Source: an uncultured delta proteobacterium (lineage in GTDB: Bacteria > Desulfobacterota > Desulfomonilia > Desulfomonilales > Desulfomonilaceae). From it: a stretch of 64,000 nucleotides of DNA. Position 1 is the stretch's first letter. Each line of letters begins with the position of its first letter. The stretch is taken from contig CAWBKB010000005.1 of NCBI GenBank assembly GCA_963789265.1, positions 288,001 to 352,000 on the forward strand, read 5' to 3'. Both the position numbers and the translations under genes were made by a program. The notes beneath the pieces are model-generated. The model worked only from the letters and a program-made list of their open reading frames with translations, was not told where the DNA came from and searched no databases. Positions 20,303 through 33,410 of this stretch are shown in pieces.

Positions 20303-20594
20303 CGCGATTTCTCCGTATTCATTCCCTTTGAGGCTTTGCCCAGAGGAAAGAACCCCTGTTCGTCCGGCACATTTTAACATCAGTGAGGGTCAGGAAACGA
20401 AATGACCGGTAGCTCGCCAATGTTCCCCTCATAATCTATCACTCGGCAAGGAACCGCGCTATAATAGATTATCATATTCCTACACCCCGACAGGTAACGG
20501 CATGGCTTTGCCCTGTAAGCCCGTCTGAGGGGTTTTTTGTTCTGCTCAGGGGGAACTTTCAGACAAAGTGCGCCTGGGTTGAGCCGCAGCGCGA

Positions 20595-20756
20595 CTACGC
20601 CGATTCGTGGGGTTGAACGATACGATAGGCGCCCACATGTGCGGGATCTTTGACAGGACCTCGGAGCCTCGGGCGGTTGCTCGTTTCCGTCCGGACACAG
20701 CTCAGATAGCCTATCAAAAGAAAGAAGATCACCAGTCCTATTCCCAGGACAATCAT
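20595..20756 (-). CDS. Possible small membrane protein
   Basis: MIVLGIGLVIFFLLIGYLSC hydrophobic N-terminus; start uncertain. Confidence 0.35.
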   Translation of the reverse strand: MIVLGIGLVIFFLLIGYLSCVRTETSNRPRLRGPVKDPAHVGAYRIVQPHESA

Positions 20757-21448
20757 GACCCAATCTCGCTCGGTCCTGGTGTCACTGAGTCTTGGTGTTC
20801 TTTTGCCTTTAGCTGTCGCGCTCACTCCTGACCCCGTTTCTGAAGGTTGCTTGATTATACAGTATGTCACTGTGCCTGTCATTCGTTGAAGATCAAATGG
20901 ACGCGTGCATCAGTCTCTAGAAACACAGGCTCTTTGTGCCGGAGTCCTCATGAAATTCGCGACGCCCTGTACTTACAGGCTAGGGGGCCGATTTGCAATT
21001 ACCAGAATCCCTGCGTACAATAACAAATGTACTTAGCAATGATACCGACTCGTTTGCACGAATGATAATTCATCACATCGGCTCGTTCATTACGGAAGGA
21101 TGTGTACGACGTGGTCAGGTTGAATGGTTTGCTACGGAGGAGATTCGTCCGAAGCGCCGGCCAGCCCCGCTCGTGGCAGGGTTACACATTTGACAGCGTA
21201 TTAATATGGGGATATTTCTTGTCACACGGAATTTAGAAGGCACGAGGAGATTTGCATGACCGGGTATACGGCCGTTTAGTTGCGTAGCCCTGCGCAACCC
21301 CGGTAAATCGATTGCAGCAAAGTCCGGGCACGGAATCGAGTATTTGCGAAGAATGCTTCATTTCAATTCATGAACAAAGGGAACTCCCCGGCCATCCCAA
21401 CTCATTCCGGATCCTTTTTGCGGTCCACGAACAAATAAGGAGGACGAC

Positions 21449-23622
<2,174 letters not shown>

Positions 23623-23647
23623 CTGAACGAAGAATCAACTTACCCCG

Positions 23648-23706
23648 AAAAAAAGAAAGCCCAACCGTAGGGGTCGAGCTGGGAGACGCCGTTAGACGGC
23701 CGGGCT
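23648..23706 (-). terminator. Intrinsic terminator of the 23856-24947 gene
   Basis: AGCCCGGCCGU/ACGGUUGGGCU 11-bp stem (its G-U pairs form only on the minus strand) followed by UUCUUUUUUU. Confidence 0.7.
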
Positions 23707-23720
23707 CATGGAAACATAAT

Positions 23721-23840
23721 GGCCGGTGAACTCGCGAGGGAACTTTGGCTTCGTCTCAAAAAGGCTCCGGAGATTCTAGGTTTGTCATTTGCGCGCAACT
23801 CCGGACTTGACGATGGTTGTTCTCTGCTAATTCACCGGCC
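23721..23840 (-). ncRNA. Candidate 120-nt rod-like structured RNA in a 3' UTR
   Basis: Nested pairings GGCCGGTGAA/TTCACCGGCC, TCGTC/GACGA, TCCGGAG/CTCCGGA. Confidence 0.45.
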
Positions 23841-23855
23841 GACAAGATACTGCAA

Positions 23856-24947
23856 TCAGAAGATGAAGCCGAATTCGAAGAATCCTCCATCTAGAGTGTT
23901 TTCGAAGACGAAGTTTGACTCCGACCTGTTCAGATTTACGTAGCGGTACCCGCCCTTCACGTAGCCCCAGCGACCCACGTTTAGGGGTATTGTGTACCGT
24001 CCGCCTAGCTCAACATCCCAACCCGCAGCGTCGTCGAGAAAAATGGCGGCCCCTTTGCAGTCGGAAGAGAAGGACCCGCAATTCCATGTACTCATGAGAC
24101 ATTTCTGGAACTCCAACCCAACCATGGCCGAATTGGTACCCTCGCTGAATGTACTCGCTCCGTAGCCGCAGGAGGCGCATAGTGCGTTGATTTTGTCGTC
24201 CACGTGCACCCAGCCCGCTGATATGCTTACCCTGGATACACAGGTTTGTATGGGAGTGTATACAAGTGCCAGCGTATTATAGTCGTGTATCCACTCTGTC
24301 TGAATCTGTTGCCCAAAGGTGAAGATCTGGTTGCCAAAGACGAAATATCCTAGGGAATTATTGGGCACCGTCACTTGTCCGCCTCCGTGCATGTCAAAAC
24401 CAAGCACGGTGTACTGAATTCCCCAGTTGGGCCGGAACTGGTACAGGGCGCTGAACTCGCCTATAGTCTGATTGGTCGGCAGTGCCAGTTGATCGGTCAG
24501 GGTGGGCCAGGTTGCGCTGTCATCAGTGGCAAAGTTAGCGTAGTACTGCGAGTATCGCGGCCACGCGATCCTACCCCGCACGTGTGCGAAAAGCGCACCT
24601 ACGCCTATTTCCCACTGCCCCGGTCTTGGGGTTGCGAGATGACAAGGAGGCCTGCCGCAGGCAAATGGGACACATGGAGGACAAGCAGGGGGTTTCACTT
24701 TGGTGATCATCCCCATAGGACGTCGCGGTAGGCGAGGGATAGCGGCAGGAGCGGCCATCGGCCTGGACATGTAAGCGGCGGATTTGGCTTTACGAGCGAC
24801 TACGGTCGGAGCGCTGCTAACCTGGTTGGGCTTGAGCAGCATATCCAGAGATTCATTAGGTCCCGCGGCCCATGAAGCGTTCAGGGAAATGATTGAAATG
24901 AGAACAACTAGACATACCAACGGCGTAGAAGGTATTCTTCTCAACAT
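23856..24947 (-). CDS. Hypothetical Cys-rich outer-membrane beta-barrel-type protein (paralog A)
   Basis: Signal peptide (ASWA), Pro-rich linker, amphipathic strands, terminal FEFGFIF. Confidence 0.75.
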   Translation of the reverse strand: MLRRIPSTPLVCLVVLISIISLNASWAAGPNESLDMLLKPNQVSSAPTVVARKAKSAAYMSRPMAAPAAIPRLPRRPMGMITKVKPPACPPCVPFACGRPPCHLATPRPGQWEIGVGALFAHVRGRIAWPRYSQYYANFATDDSATWPTLTDQLALPTNQTIGEFSALYQFRPNWGIQYTVLGFDMHGGGQVTVPNNSLGYFVFGNQIFTFGQQIQTEWIHDYNTLALVYTPIQTCVSRVSISAGWVHVDDKINALCASCGYGASTFSEGTNSAMVGLEFQKCLMSTWNCGSFSSDCKGAAIFLDDAAGWDVELGGRYTIPLNVGRWGYVKGGYRYVNLNRSESNFVFENTLDGGFFEFGFIF

Positions 24948-25365
24948 ACCCTTCCTCCCAGCTCAAAATGTTGGATATTGCTTTAATATCAAACTAAAAT
25001 GCATGTCAAGAAAAAAGTGAACGATTTTTCAATAATTTGACTTGATTTGCGAGAAAGAGGTAGATGCGATGTCTTATGTTACTTTAATTACACGATATTT
25101 TCCAGACACGCTGTACTTCGCTCCTCTCAGGAAATCTGGGCCAATCTCCCATGAACTTGGGCCTTCCCTTGACAGGCTCCCGCGAATCATATATCGCTAT
25201 CCCGGCAATAAACCTGGGCAAAATGATGGTCCCCCTTTTCGGGAAGCCCGCTTCGACTTCCGGCCCAGTTCGGAGCTTTACAAAGAAAAATGTCTAAGGA
25301 TATTAGTGGAGAAATGCTATATGCTGAGGCTTAATCTCGAACTCTTCGGCTTTGCGCGCACCATT

Positions 25366-26854
25366 ATGAACTACTTACTTGGCCGGGATTCTTCTCTTCA
25401 GCGAGACCATTTTCACCACTGCAGGCTCTGGAGCCTGGTTTTCACGCTTGGCATTCTTTTCGCGGCGACGGCCTGGGCGGCACCGGAGGCTCCCCCTCTA
25501 AATGCGCAACTCGAACCGATAATCAAACGCGACCTTCCGCTCAACTGCGCGCTGACCTTACAGATGGTCGATCTTGAATCCGGTCGCGTACTTATGGAGA
25601 AGAACCCTGACCTCGCCCTTGTTCCAGCCTCCACTATGAAGGTGATTACAAGCGCGGCAGCTTTGAAAACACTCAAGCCCAATTTCACCTTCGTGACGGA
25701 GGTCCTGGCCGATGGTGTTCGCGGCGGGTCGGTAGGCAATCTCTTTGTCAAGGGTTCGGGAGACCCCTACCTAGTAAGTGAGCAACTTTTTGCACTGACT
25801 CGGGGGTTGAAGGATAAGGGGCTTCAGGAAATTCGAGGAAACATAGTTTTAGATGACTCGTATTTTCGGCCCGAGCCCCCCCTGGACGAAAATGAAAAAC
25901 TCGGAACTAGATCCTACCATGCGCCTTATGGCGCATTATCTTTGAATTTCAATTCAATTAAGTTGCTGGTCCAGCCTGGTGCCCACCCAGGGCAAGATGC
26001 GCAGATATCTCTGGATCCGGTATCGGAGTATTCGATCGTCAAGGCAAAGGTCAAAACGATCAAAGGGAGCAAATCGGCCCAGGTAGAGATAACCAGGCGA
26101 GCCACCCGAGACGGACATGAAATTATTCGGCTTGATGGAGTGATTGGCGTGCAGGCCCCAGTATGGAGACGTTATGTCAACGTTGCACAGCCCAGTTTGT
26201 ACTTCGGCGAGGTATTTAAAGAATTTTTGCTTCGAGAAGGAATCAGGGTAATCGGCAAGGTAGAGCGCGGTAGAGTTCCGCAGTCAGCCGGTTTGTACTA
26301 TGAATTCAATTCTCTCCCGCTGGGACAGATCGTATATTGGCTGGACAAGTTCAGCAATAATTTCATGGCCGAACAGATCGCCATGGCAATGGGCGCGAAA
26401 GAGCATAGCGCGCCTGGGACACGAGAAAAGGGCCTTGCGGTGATTCGAAAGTATCTCCTCTCATGTGCCGTGCCCGAAGCAAACTTCTCCCTGAGTGAGG
26501 CCAGCGGGCTTTCCCGAAGCAATCGCGTGAGTGCATCCACGCTCGTTCATGTACTGATCGCAGCTTCCCGAGATTTTTCTTACAACGCCGAGTACACGGC
26601 TTCGTTCGGGGTGGCGGGAGTTGACGGTACGCTCAAAACGAAATTTACCGATCCGGAAATGAAAAGACGAATTCGGGCAAAAACCGGGACTCTTAGAGGA
26701 GTCAATGCTCTCGCGGGGTACGGGCTTTCCGCTTCAGGCAGAAACCTTCGCCTTCGCCGTCATAGTGAACAGCCTTGAAAAAGGAACCGGTCTCATCGAT
26801 TACGGTGATAGAATAGTTGGTGCAATCATGAAGTTGCCCGCTTTCCGCAAATGA
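25366..26854 (+). CDS. dacB: D-Ala-D-Ala carboxypeptidase/endopeptidase PBP4 (+1 indel at about 26743)
   Basis: PASTMK, GSGDP, SNN, ASGLSR, AKTGTL; the corrected tail TFAFAVIVN...RK ends at TGA 26854; start uncertain. Confidence 0.9.
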
Positions 26855-26931
26855 ACGAGCTTGAACGGCTTAATCTGGAGGAACTACAAAAGGGAAAGCT
26901 TTCATGACAAGGGGACGTGCCGAAACAGACT

Positions 26932-28269
26932 TCACTCGACCTTCTTTCCCACGAGCGAATGCTTCAAACCTCGACTTATCTTCACTTCCACGAGATCTCC
27001 TTCTCGGAGATCGTTCGTCGGCTCCAAATTCACTACCTTGTTCGTACGCGTGCGGCCAAAGGGTTGAGCTGTTTTAGGTTTGAACCCTTCGATGAGAACC
27101 TCTTCCATCGTGCCTTCCGCCACCAAGTGATAATCCTCGGTTATCCGGTCCTGAAGCGCGTGAACTCTTGACAAGCGCTCAGCCTTCACTTCTTCGGGAA
27201 CTTGGCCCGGCAGGTTACGGGCCGCTGTCTCTGGTCTGACGGAATACTTGAACGAAAAGATCTGATCGAACCGTATCTGCTCCAAGGCTGCGAGGGTCCC
27301 GGAAAAATCCTCTTCAGTCTCACCGGGGAAGCCGACGATCATGTCCGCAGTAACAGCAACCGATGGGATTGCTTCCCGCAACAGGCTAATCTTATTCAGG
27401 TAGTCGGCAAGGGTGTAACCCCTTTTCATTGCGCGCAGGATCCTGTCGGAACCGCTTTGTAGAGGAAGATGGATGTGTTCGCATACCGATTTCAGACGGG
27501 CCATGACGGATACCAAATCAGCATTGAAGTCACGAGGGTGGGATGTGGTGAACCGAATCCTCTGAAGGCCCTGGATGCCGTCCAACTCTGTCAGGAGACG
27601 AGCAAATGAGTTGCCTCCTCGTCGTAGATCATTGCCGTACACGTTCACGTTTTGTCCGAGCAGGGTGACCTCCCGGACGCCCTTTGCAACCAGAGCATTG
27701 ATTTCCTCTATGACCTCATCCGCCGGACGGCTCTGTTCGGGCCCGCGAGTGAAGGGCACGACGCAGTACGAACAGAAGTTCGAACAACCCTGCATTATCG
27801 TCACGTACGAACAAACATGGCTGGAGCCTTTGCAGGGCGCGGGAAAATGCAGAGAATCCATATTCGAGTGGAATTCGGTGAGCGCGAAGCGTTCGCGGGC
27901 GTTGTTCACGCGGTCTAACACTGAGGGCAAATCCGCAATGCAATGGGTTCCGAGAACTGCATCGAGGTGGCTTACCTTTTTGAGCAGCTTATCCTTTTCC
28001 TGTTGGGCCACACATCCGGTGACCACGGTCACCATTCCGGGATTCTTCAACTTCAGGGGCTTCAATTTTCCGAGAGCGCTATATAGCTTGTGTTCTGCTT
28101 TTTCCCTTATGGAACAGGTGTTGACGACTACCACTTCGGCGCCTTCCGGGGACGATGCCTCCGTCAGGCCGAGCTTTTCCAGCATCGCGGCCATCTTTTC
28201 AGAGTCGTGCTCGTTCATCTGACAACCATAGGTTTCGATGTAAAAAGTCCCTTTAGACACTCTATTCAC
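26932..28269 (-). CDS. miaB: tRNA-i6A37 methylthiotransferase
   Basis: TYGCQMNEHDSE, NTCSIREKAE, GCSNFCSYCVVP, RIRFTTSHP, TRAM domain. Confidence 0.96.
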   Translation of the reverse strand: MNRVSKGTFYIETYGCQMNEHDSEKMAAMLEKLGLTEASSPEGAEVVVVNTCSIREKAEHKLYSALGKLKPLKLKNPGMVTVVTGCVAQQEKDKLLKKVSHLDAVLGTHCIADLPSVLDRVNNARERFALTEFHSNMDSLHFPAPCKGSSHVCSYVTIMQGCSNFCSYCVVPFTRGPEQSRPADEVIEEINALVAKGVREVTLLGQNVNVYGNDLRRGGNSFARLLTELDGIQGLQRIRFTTSHPRDFNADLVSVMARLKSVCEHIHLPLQSGSDRILRAMKRGYTLADYLNKISLLREAIPSVAVTADMIVGFPGETEEDFSGTLAALEQIRFDQIFSFKYSVRPETAARNLPGQVPEEVKAERLSRVHALQDRITEDYHLVAEGTMEEVLIEGFKPKTAQPFGRTRTNKVVNLEPTNDLREGDLVEVKISRGLKHSLVGKKVE

Positions 28270-28521
28270 CGATGTCTACAGATTTCTCTCGGGCGTTTGC
28301 CCGTGCATATCAACAAACTTCAGACCTCAACCTTTAGCACAGGGTCCCCAATATGAATAGACTTGACTTAATTCTTGAGTACGAGGAAGAGCGGCTGAAT
28401 GCTCGTCAAACGCCGCGTGCGAAAATTTTGCACTCCAAGTGTGTCGACATGTGCCGTGATCGCGGTGCCGCTAGCGTCGGTCGCACTCGGCCGAATAATG
28501 CAAGCTGCCTGAAATCCAGGC

Positions 28522-28552
28522 AAAAAAATAGCCCTCCTTTTGCGGGAGAGCT
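28522..28552 (-). terminator. Intrinsic terminator
   Basis: AGCUCUCC-CGCAAAA-GGAGGGCU then AUUUUUUU. Confidence 0.75.
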
Positions 28553-28582
28553 GAGGGTATGGTTAAAGGAGTCGTTATTCAC
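28522..28582 (-). ncRNA. Candidate ~60-nt sRNA or terminated leader
   Basis: Bounded by a sigma54-type promoter and an intrinsic terminator; contains ACUCCUUU. Confidence 0.55.
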
Positions 28583-28592
28583 TCTTATCTTA

Positions 28593-28609
28593 AGCAAGTC
28601 TTGTGCCAA
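28593..28609 (-). promoter_or_regulatory. sigma54 (-24/-12) promoter
   Basis: TTGGCAC-AAGAC-TTGCT fits TGGCAC-N5-TTGCW; it also forms the 17-nt spacer of TTGACT..TAAGAT. Confidence 0.7.
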
Positions 28610-28670
28610 AGTCAAGAGACCTGCGGCCGGCTTTATGACCGCTCACTTGCTCGGGACATCTTCGAGTTTA

Positions 28671-28812
28671 TGTCATTGCGAGGAGTCAATGGTGGGATAG
28701 GCTTCCAGCCTGTCCATTATGGATGACGGGCAGGATGCCCGTCCCACCGGCAATCTACGTCGTTGAAGGAAAAGATTGCTTCGTCCCGCGGGACGCAGGA
28801 CTCGCAATGACA
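28671..28812. repeat. Composite nested REP-like element
   Basis: Outer TGTCATTGCGAG/CTCGCAATGACA; inner GGTGGGATAGGCTTCCAGCCTGTC...GACGGGCAGGATGCCCGTCCCACC; TCCCGCG hairpin at 28784-28800. Confidence 0.85.
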
Positions 28813-28912
28813 ACTCTTGCCGCCAGTAACTAAAGGATTACCCGGCTTATGAATTTCTATTCGCAGCGGTCGTTCACAAGCGTGTCCTTTCCGATCCCGT
28901 AACTTCGAAAAG

Positions 28913-29848
28913 CTACAAAAGTTGGTCCACTTCTTTCACCAAGTTCTTGACTGCTTGGACGGATTGTTCGAAAGCTGACCGCTCCTGCGCGTTTAGTTCC
29001 AATTCCACGACTCTTTCCACGCCGGCCGATCCGAGGATGGCCGGCGCCCCGACAAATATCCCCTTTTCGCCGAACTCGCCGTCCAGATATGCTGCAACAG
29101 GTAAGAGTCTCTTCTTGTCCAGCAGAATCGACCGGGCCATCTCTACTGCCGATGCGCCGGGAGCATAGGACGCGCTTCCCGTTTTCAGTAGATTGACGAT
29201 TTCCGCGCCACCTTGCCGAGTTCTCTGAACGATCTCCTCGAGCCTCTCCGCGGTGACAAAGTTGGTTACCGGGATCCCGCCGACGAAGCAATAGCGCGTG
29301 AGAGGCACCATAGAGTCTCCGTGTCCCCCCAGGACCAGCGTGTGGACATCTTCAACCGACACCCCGATTTCCGCTGCCAGGAAGCTCCTAAATCGGGCCG
29401 TGTCCAAAACTCCCGCCATGCCGGCTATTCGTCTGGGATGGAAATGTGATTTTTTCCACGCGGTGTATACCATTGCATCCAGCGGGTTGGAGACTATGAT
29501 CAATATGGCGTTCGGGGAATACGTGGCAACCTTCTCTGCAACATCGCCCACTATCTTGACATTCGTTTTGAGAAGATCATCTCGGCTCATACCGGGCTTT
29601 CTGGCAATCCCTGCGGTAATTATTGCCAGATCGCTCCCTTGGGTCGCTTCGTAATCATTTGTGCCGGTTACAGTAGTATCGCGTCCCAGCACCGGCGTGG
29701 CCTCGAATATATCGAGCCCCTTGCCCTGCGGAATTCCTTCGAGGATATCCACCAGCACTACATCGCCCAACTCCTGGGCCGACACATAGGCGGCAACCGA
29801 TGCTCCGACGTTGCCGGCACCCACGACGGTAATCTTCTTTTTAGGCAT
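28913..29848 (-). CDS. mdh: Malate dehydrogenase (LDH-like)
   Basis: [38 protein letters not shown]. Confidence 0.96.
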   Translation of the reverse strand: MPKKKITVVGAGNVGASVAAYVSAQELGDVVLVDILEGIPQGKGLDIFEATPVLGRDTTVTGTNDYEATQGSDLAIITAGIARKPGMSRDDLLKTNVKIVGDVAEKVATYSPNAILIIVSNPLDAMVYTAWKKSHFHPRRIAGMAGVLDTARFRSFLAAEIGVSVEDVHTLVLGGHGDSMVPLTRYCFVGGIPVTNFVTAERLEEIVQRTRQGGAEIVNLLKTGSASYAPGASAVEMARSILLDKKRLLPVAAYLDGEFGEKGIFVGAPAILGSAGVERVVELELNAQERSAFEQSVQAVKNLVKEVDQLL

Positions 29849-29883
29849 CAACCTAACCTCCCATGAAAGTTTTGAATTCAGTT

Positions 29884-30429
29884 TTAGAACTTGTCATACA
29901 TAGACCTATGAATCCGAGGGACAAGATCCCTGATCATTCGAGAGATCGCCAGACGTCTGTTTGTCAGAGTGCCGCTGATGGAATCGGTGACGTTGTACGA
30001 ATAAGAAGCCGACAGATCCTTTTTCCAGAGAATTTTCTTGGGCTCGACTCTTTCCAGAACGCAATTCACCCTTAGAGTACCTATTCTGGTCAGTTCCTTT
30101 CCATCTGCCCTGTACATGGATGCCATGTCCTCATACGAGGCAATTACCGTCTTGAGAGTTACGTCGCCTCCACTTCTTACCGGCTTGAGCCGAGTACCCA
30201 ATGCGAATTCATCCCGAAGGTCATTGGTGAGCTCCGTTTCTATTCCCGTTATGGTTGTCTTATTCAGTGCGCTTTCCACCACAATGGTCTTCAAGTTTGG
30301 AGAGAAGGGAGTTTCTCCCTGTATCCCGCTGAAATGATACCCGCAGCCTGCTGCGAGCAAGAAGACCGACAACGACAACCCGAGCCGAATGGTGCGAAAT
30401 CTTTTCCTATTGCAGGCAGATCCCGTCAT
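29884..30429 (-). CDS. lptE: LPS-assembly lipoprotein LptE family
   Basis: Lipobox LAAGC followed by GYHF; lies downstream of leuS. Confidence 0.8.
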   Translation of the reverse strand: MTGSACNRKRFRTIRLGLSLSVFLLAAGCGYHFSGIQGETPFSPNLKTIVVESALNKTTITGIETELTNDLRDEFALGTRLKPVRSGGDVTLKTVIASYEDMASMYRADGKELTRIGTLRVNCVLERVEPKKILWKKDLSASYSYNVTDSISGTLTNRRLAISRMIRDLVPRIHRSMYDKF

Positions 30430-30707
30430 AAGGTTAATTGCTTCAATGGATTTTGTTAGCTTGGTTATCCATCGCGGTTCTCCCTGAGGCGTAAAAGACG
30501 CCTTCCAATGAGAGACAGATCAGACTCATCCCGGATCAGCGGTTGACAATGCCGTTGACGGGTTCGGCGCTCTTATACCAAATCCCCGCAGTCACATTTT
30601 GAAGGATTGGCTACCGCCGAATTAGCTCACGATTCGTTTAAGTTAGGCTGCGTACGTTTAATCCGCAGCCACAGATCTCTTACCAGGGTCCGTTCGGGAA
30701 AGAACGG

Positions 30708-33182
30708 TTACACCACCAAGTTCAAGAGTTTTCCAGGAACTAGAACTGTCTTGCGGACCTGTTTTCCGGCAATAAACTTGCCGACGTTGCCTTCTGCCAT
30801 GGCCGCCTCATTGATTTCATCTTCGGAAGCGTCTGCGGAAACCGTGATCTCGCCGCGCTTCTTGCCGTTAACTTGCACGACGATAACCATCTGGTCCTGC
30901 TCGAGAAGCGTGGGATCGAACGATGGCCACGATACACGAACCAGCCCCGGTTCCTCCCCGAGGACTTCCCATAGTTCTTCTGCTATGTGGGGCACAAAAG
31001 GCGAAAGAAGCATCACTACCGCTCGAACAGCCTCATGCATAGCTGCGGCTACGTCCGGAAGCCTATCCACCTCTTCAGAGGTGACTCTACCTAGCTCGTT
31101 GGTCATTTCCATGACCGCCGCAACCGCAGTATTGAAATGGAAGCGGCTCTGTATGTCCTCGGTCACCTTTTTAATGGTTTTGTGCGTGAGTCTCCGAATA
31201 GATTTGGCCCGGTCGCCCTCTTTTAGAGGACTCTGAGTAAGTCTCAGATGCTTGTACTCGTGTACCAAGCTCCATACTCTTCCCAGAAAGCGATAAGCGC
31301 CTTCCACGCCTTCGGAAGTCCATTCCAGATCTCGTTCCGGTGGGGCGGCAAACAGGCAGAAAAGCCGTACGGTGTCTGCTCCGTAATGGTTTATCAGGTC
31401 CTCGGGATCAACCACGTTGCCTTTGGACTTCGACATCTTCGCGCCGTCTTTAATGACCATCCCCTGGGTGAGAAGATTCGTGAAGGGCTCGTCGCTCCTC
31501 TTGATCTTCATGTCTCTAAGGACTTTGGTAAAGAAGCGTGAATAGAGCAAATGGAGAATCGCGTGCTCTATCCCGCCTATGTATTGGTCCACTGGAAGCC
31601 AATATTGATCTGCTTTGGGATCGATTATTCCTTTGTCGTAACGAGGACACGCGTAGCGATCAAAGTACCACGAGGATTCCACAAAGGTGTCCATTGTGTC
31701 CGTATCCCGCCGCGCAGGTTTCCCGCATTTGGGACACTTGACTTCCACCCACCACTTGAGATCCGGCAACGGGGATCTCCCGCTCTCGGGAAAATCAATA
31801 TCAATTGGCAGCACAACCGGAAGGTCCTCGTCCGGTACCGGAACAACACCGCAGGCTGGGCAGTGAATGATCGGAATCGGCGCCCCCCAGTATCGCTGCC
31901 GGGAGATTCCCCAATCGCGAATACGATAATTAATCGTCAACCCGCCTTTGCCCATAGCGTGGAGCTTGTCAGCGATCGCCTTCTTGGCTTTCTCATTGTC
32001 CATGCCGTCAAACTCCGCGGAATTTACCAGCTTCCCTTGATCTACATAGGCCTCAGTCAGCGTCGCGGCATTCAGTTTTTCTCCATCAGGTTGGATCACT
32101 ACTATGATATCCAACCCGTAATTTTTCGCGAACTCGAAATCTCTTTGGTCATGCGCAGGCACCGCCATCACCGCGCCTGTTCCGTACTCGTAGAGCACAA
32201 AGTTTGCCACGTAGACGGGCATTCTGCGGCCTGTAAGTGGATTGACACAAAAAGCCCCCGTAAATACACCTTTCTTTTCGGCCTCCTCGCCGACTCGGCT
32301 CTGCCAGTCCTGTGTGAGAATTTTGTTGATGAAATCCTTAACGTGTTGCTCCTGAGCACTCCCTTTGGAGAGTTTCAGACAGAGAGGATGCTCAGGCGCC
32401 AAACTCATGAACGTAGCCCCATAAAGGGTGTCAGGCCGAGTGGTAAAGACCTCGATAGGTTCTAGCCCGTTTTCGAGGTCAAAGAGAATGCTGGCGCCTT
32501 CACTACGGCCGATCCAGTTGCGTTGCATGGTCAAGACTCTATCCGGCCAGCCGGTGAGTTTGTCGCACCATTCCAGCAGTTCCCCGGCGTACTGCGTAAT
32601 CTTGAAAAACCATCCCTCTTGCTCTCTCTGAACCACGGGAGTTCCGCATCTCCAGCAGGCACCAGCCACAACCTGCTCATTGGCCAGGACGGTCCGACAC
32701 GGTTCACAGTAGTTGACGATAGACTTTTTCCTGTAGACCAGCCCCTGCTCCAACATTCTTATGAAGAGCCACTGTTCCCATCGGTAATACTCCGGATGGC
32801 TAGTTGCAATTTCTCTGTCCCAATCGTAGGAAAACCCCATTCTCTTCAATTGCTTACGCATATCGTCAATATTGTTCATAGTCCAGGTCGCAGGATGCGA
32901 CCCGTGCCGTATGGCAGCATTTTCCGCAGGCATTCCAAAAGCATCCCAGCCCATGGGATGCAGCACATTGTAGCCTTGCATCATTTTGAATCGGGCCATT
33001 ACGTCGCCGATGGAGTAGTTTCGAGCGTGCCCCATGTGTATACGGCCCGAAGGATAGGGAAACATTTCGAGCAAGTAATATTTGGGCAGCGACGAATCGA
33101 TCTCGACTTTAAATAACTTCTCTTTTGCCCAGAATTGCTGCCATTTTCTTTCGATCACGTCCGGGTTGTATTTTCTGTCCAT
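30708..33182 (-). CDS. leuS: Leucine--tRNA ligase
   Basis: [51 protein letters not shown]. Confidence 0.97.
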   Translation of the reverse strand: MDRKYNPDVIERKWQQFWAKEKLFKVEIDSSLPKYYLLEMFPYPSGRIHMGHARNYSIGDVMARFKMMQGYNVLHPMGWDAFGMPAENAAIRHGSHPATWTMNNIDDMRKQLKRMGFSYDWDREIATSHPEYYRWEQWLFIRMLEQGLVYRKKSIVNYCEPCRTVLANEQVVAGACWRCGTPVVQREQEGWFFKITQYAGELLEWCDKLTGWPDRVLTMQRNWIGRSEGASILFDLENGLEPIEVFTTRPDTLYGATFMSLAPEHPLCLKLSKGSAQEQHVKDFINKILTQDWQSRVGEEAEKKGVFTGAFCVNPLTGRRMPVYVANFVLYEYGTGAVMAVPAHDQRDFEFAKNYGLDIIVVIQPDGEKLNAATLTEAYVDQGKLVNSAEFDGMDNEKAKKAIADKLHAMGKGGLTINYRIRDWGISRQRYWGAPIPIIHCPACGVVPVPDEDLPVVLPIDIDFPESGRSPLPDLKWWVEVKCPKCGKPARRDTDTMDTFVESSWYFDRYACPRYDKGIIDPKADQYWLPVDQYIGGIEHAILHLLYSRFFTKVLRDMKIKRSDEPFTNLLTQGMVIKDGAKMSKSKGNVVDPEDLINHYGADTVRLFCLFAAPPERDLEWTSEGVEGAYRFLGRVWSLVHEYKHLRLTQSPLKEGDRAKSIRRLTHKTIKKVTEDIQSRFHFNTAVAAVMEMTNELGRVTSEEVDRLPDVAAAMHEAVRAVVMLLSPFVPHIAEELWEVLGEEPGLVRVSWPSFDPTLLEQDQMVIVVQVNGKKRGEITVSADASEDEINEAAMAEGNVGKFIAGKQVRKTVLVPGKLLNLVV

Positions 33183-33410
33183 AGTTCCTCGGTTCCTCCG
33201 CTGCAGCCACACTGGTGGTCTGATCGAAATCTCATAACATACGGCCCTGGCATCTTCAACGGCTTTCGATCTTGACGCGCGGACAAGGCCGTTTTATTCT
33301 CAGCCGTTACGCTGGTCCGAGAAATGACTCGCCCAACATCGCGGCGGTGCATTACTCACTATGCCATCCTCAAGAAGGGGTCAAAAGCAGTAATCAATAG
33401 GGGAATACGC

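Noticed and set aside
20890..21440. ncRNA in the 550-nt spacer before the MBL hydrolase
   Set aside because: Only weak hairpins, and no tRNA, tmRNA or riboswitch signature that I could support.
25042..25365. Long N-terminal extension of dacB (likewise for the ligase, hldD, gmhB, lgt, leuS and RHH ORFs)
   Set aside because: These extensions look non-coding, and downstream starts fit RBS position and family length better.
31551..32465. 304-aa plus-strand ORF, and similar long shadow ORFs elsewhere
   Set aside because: It is antisense to leuS, has no recognisable motifs, and is expected from codon bias.
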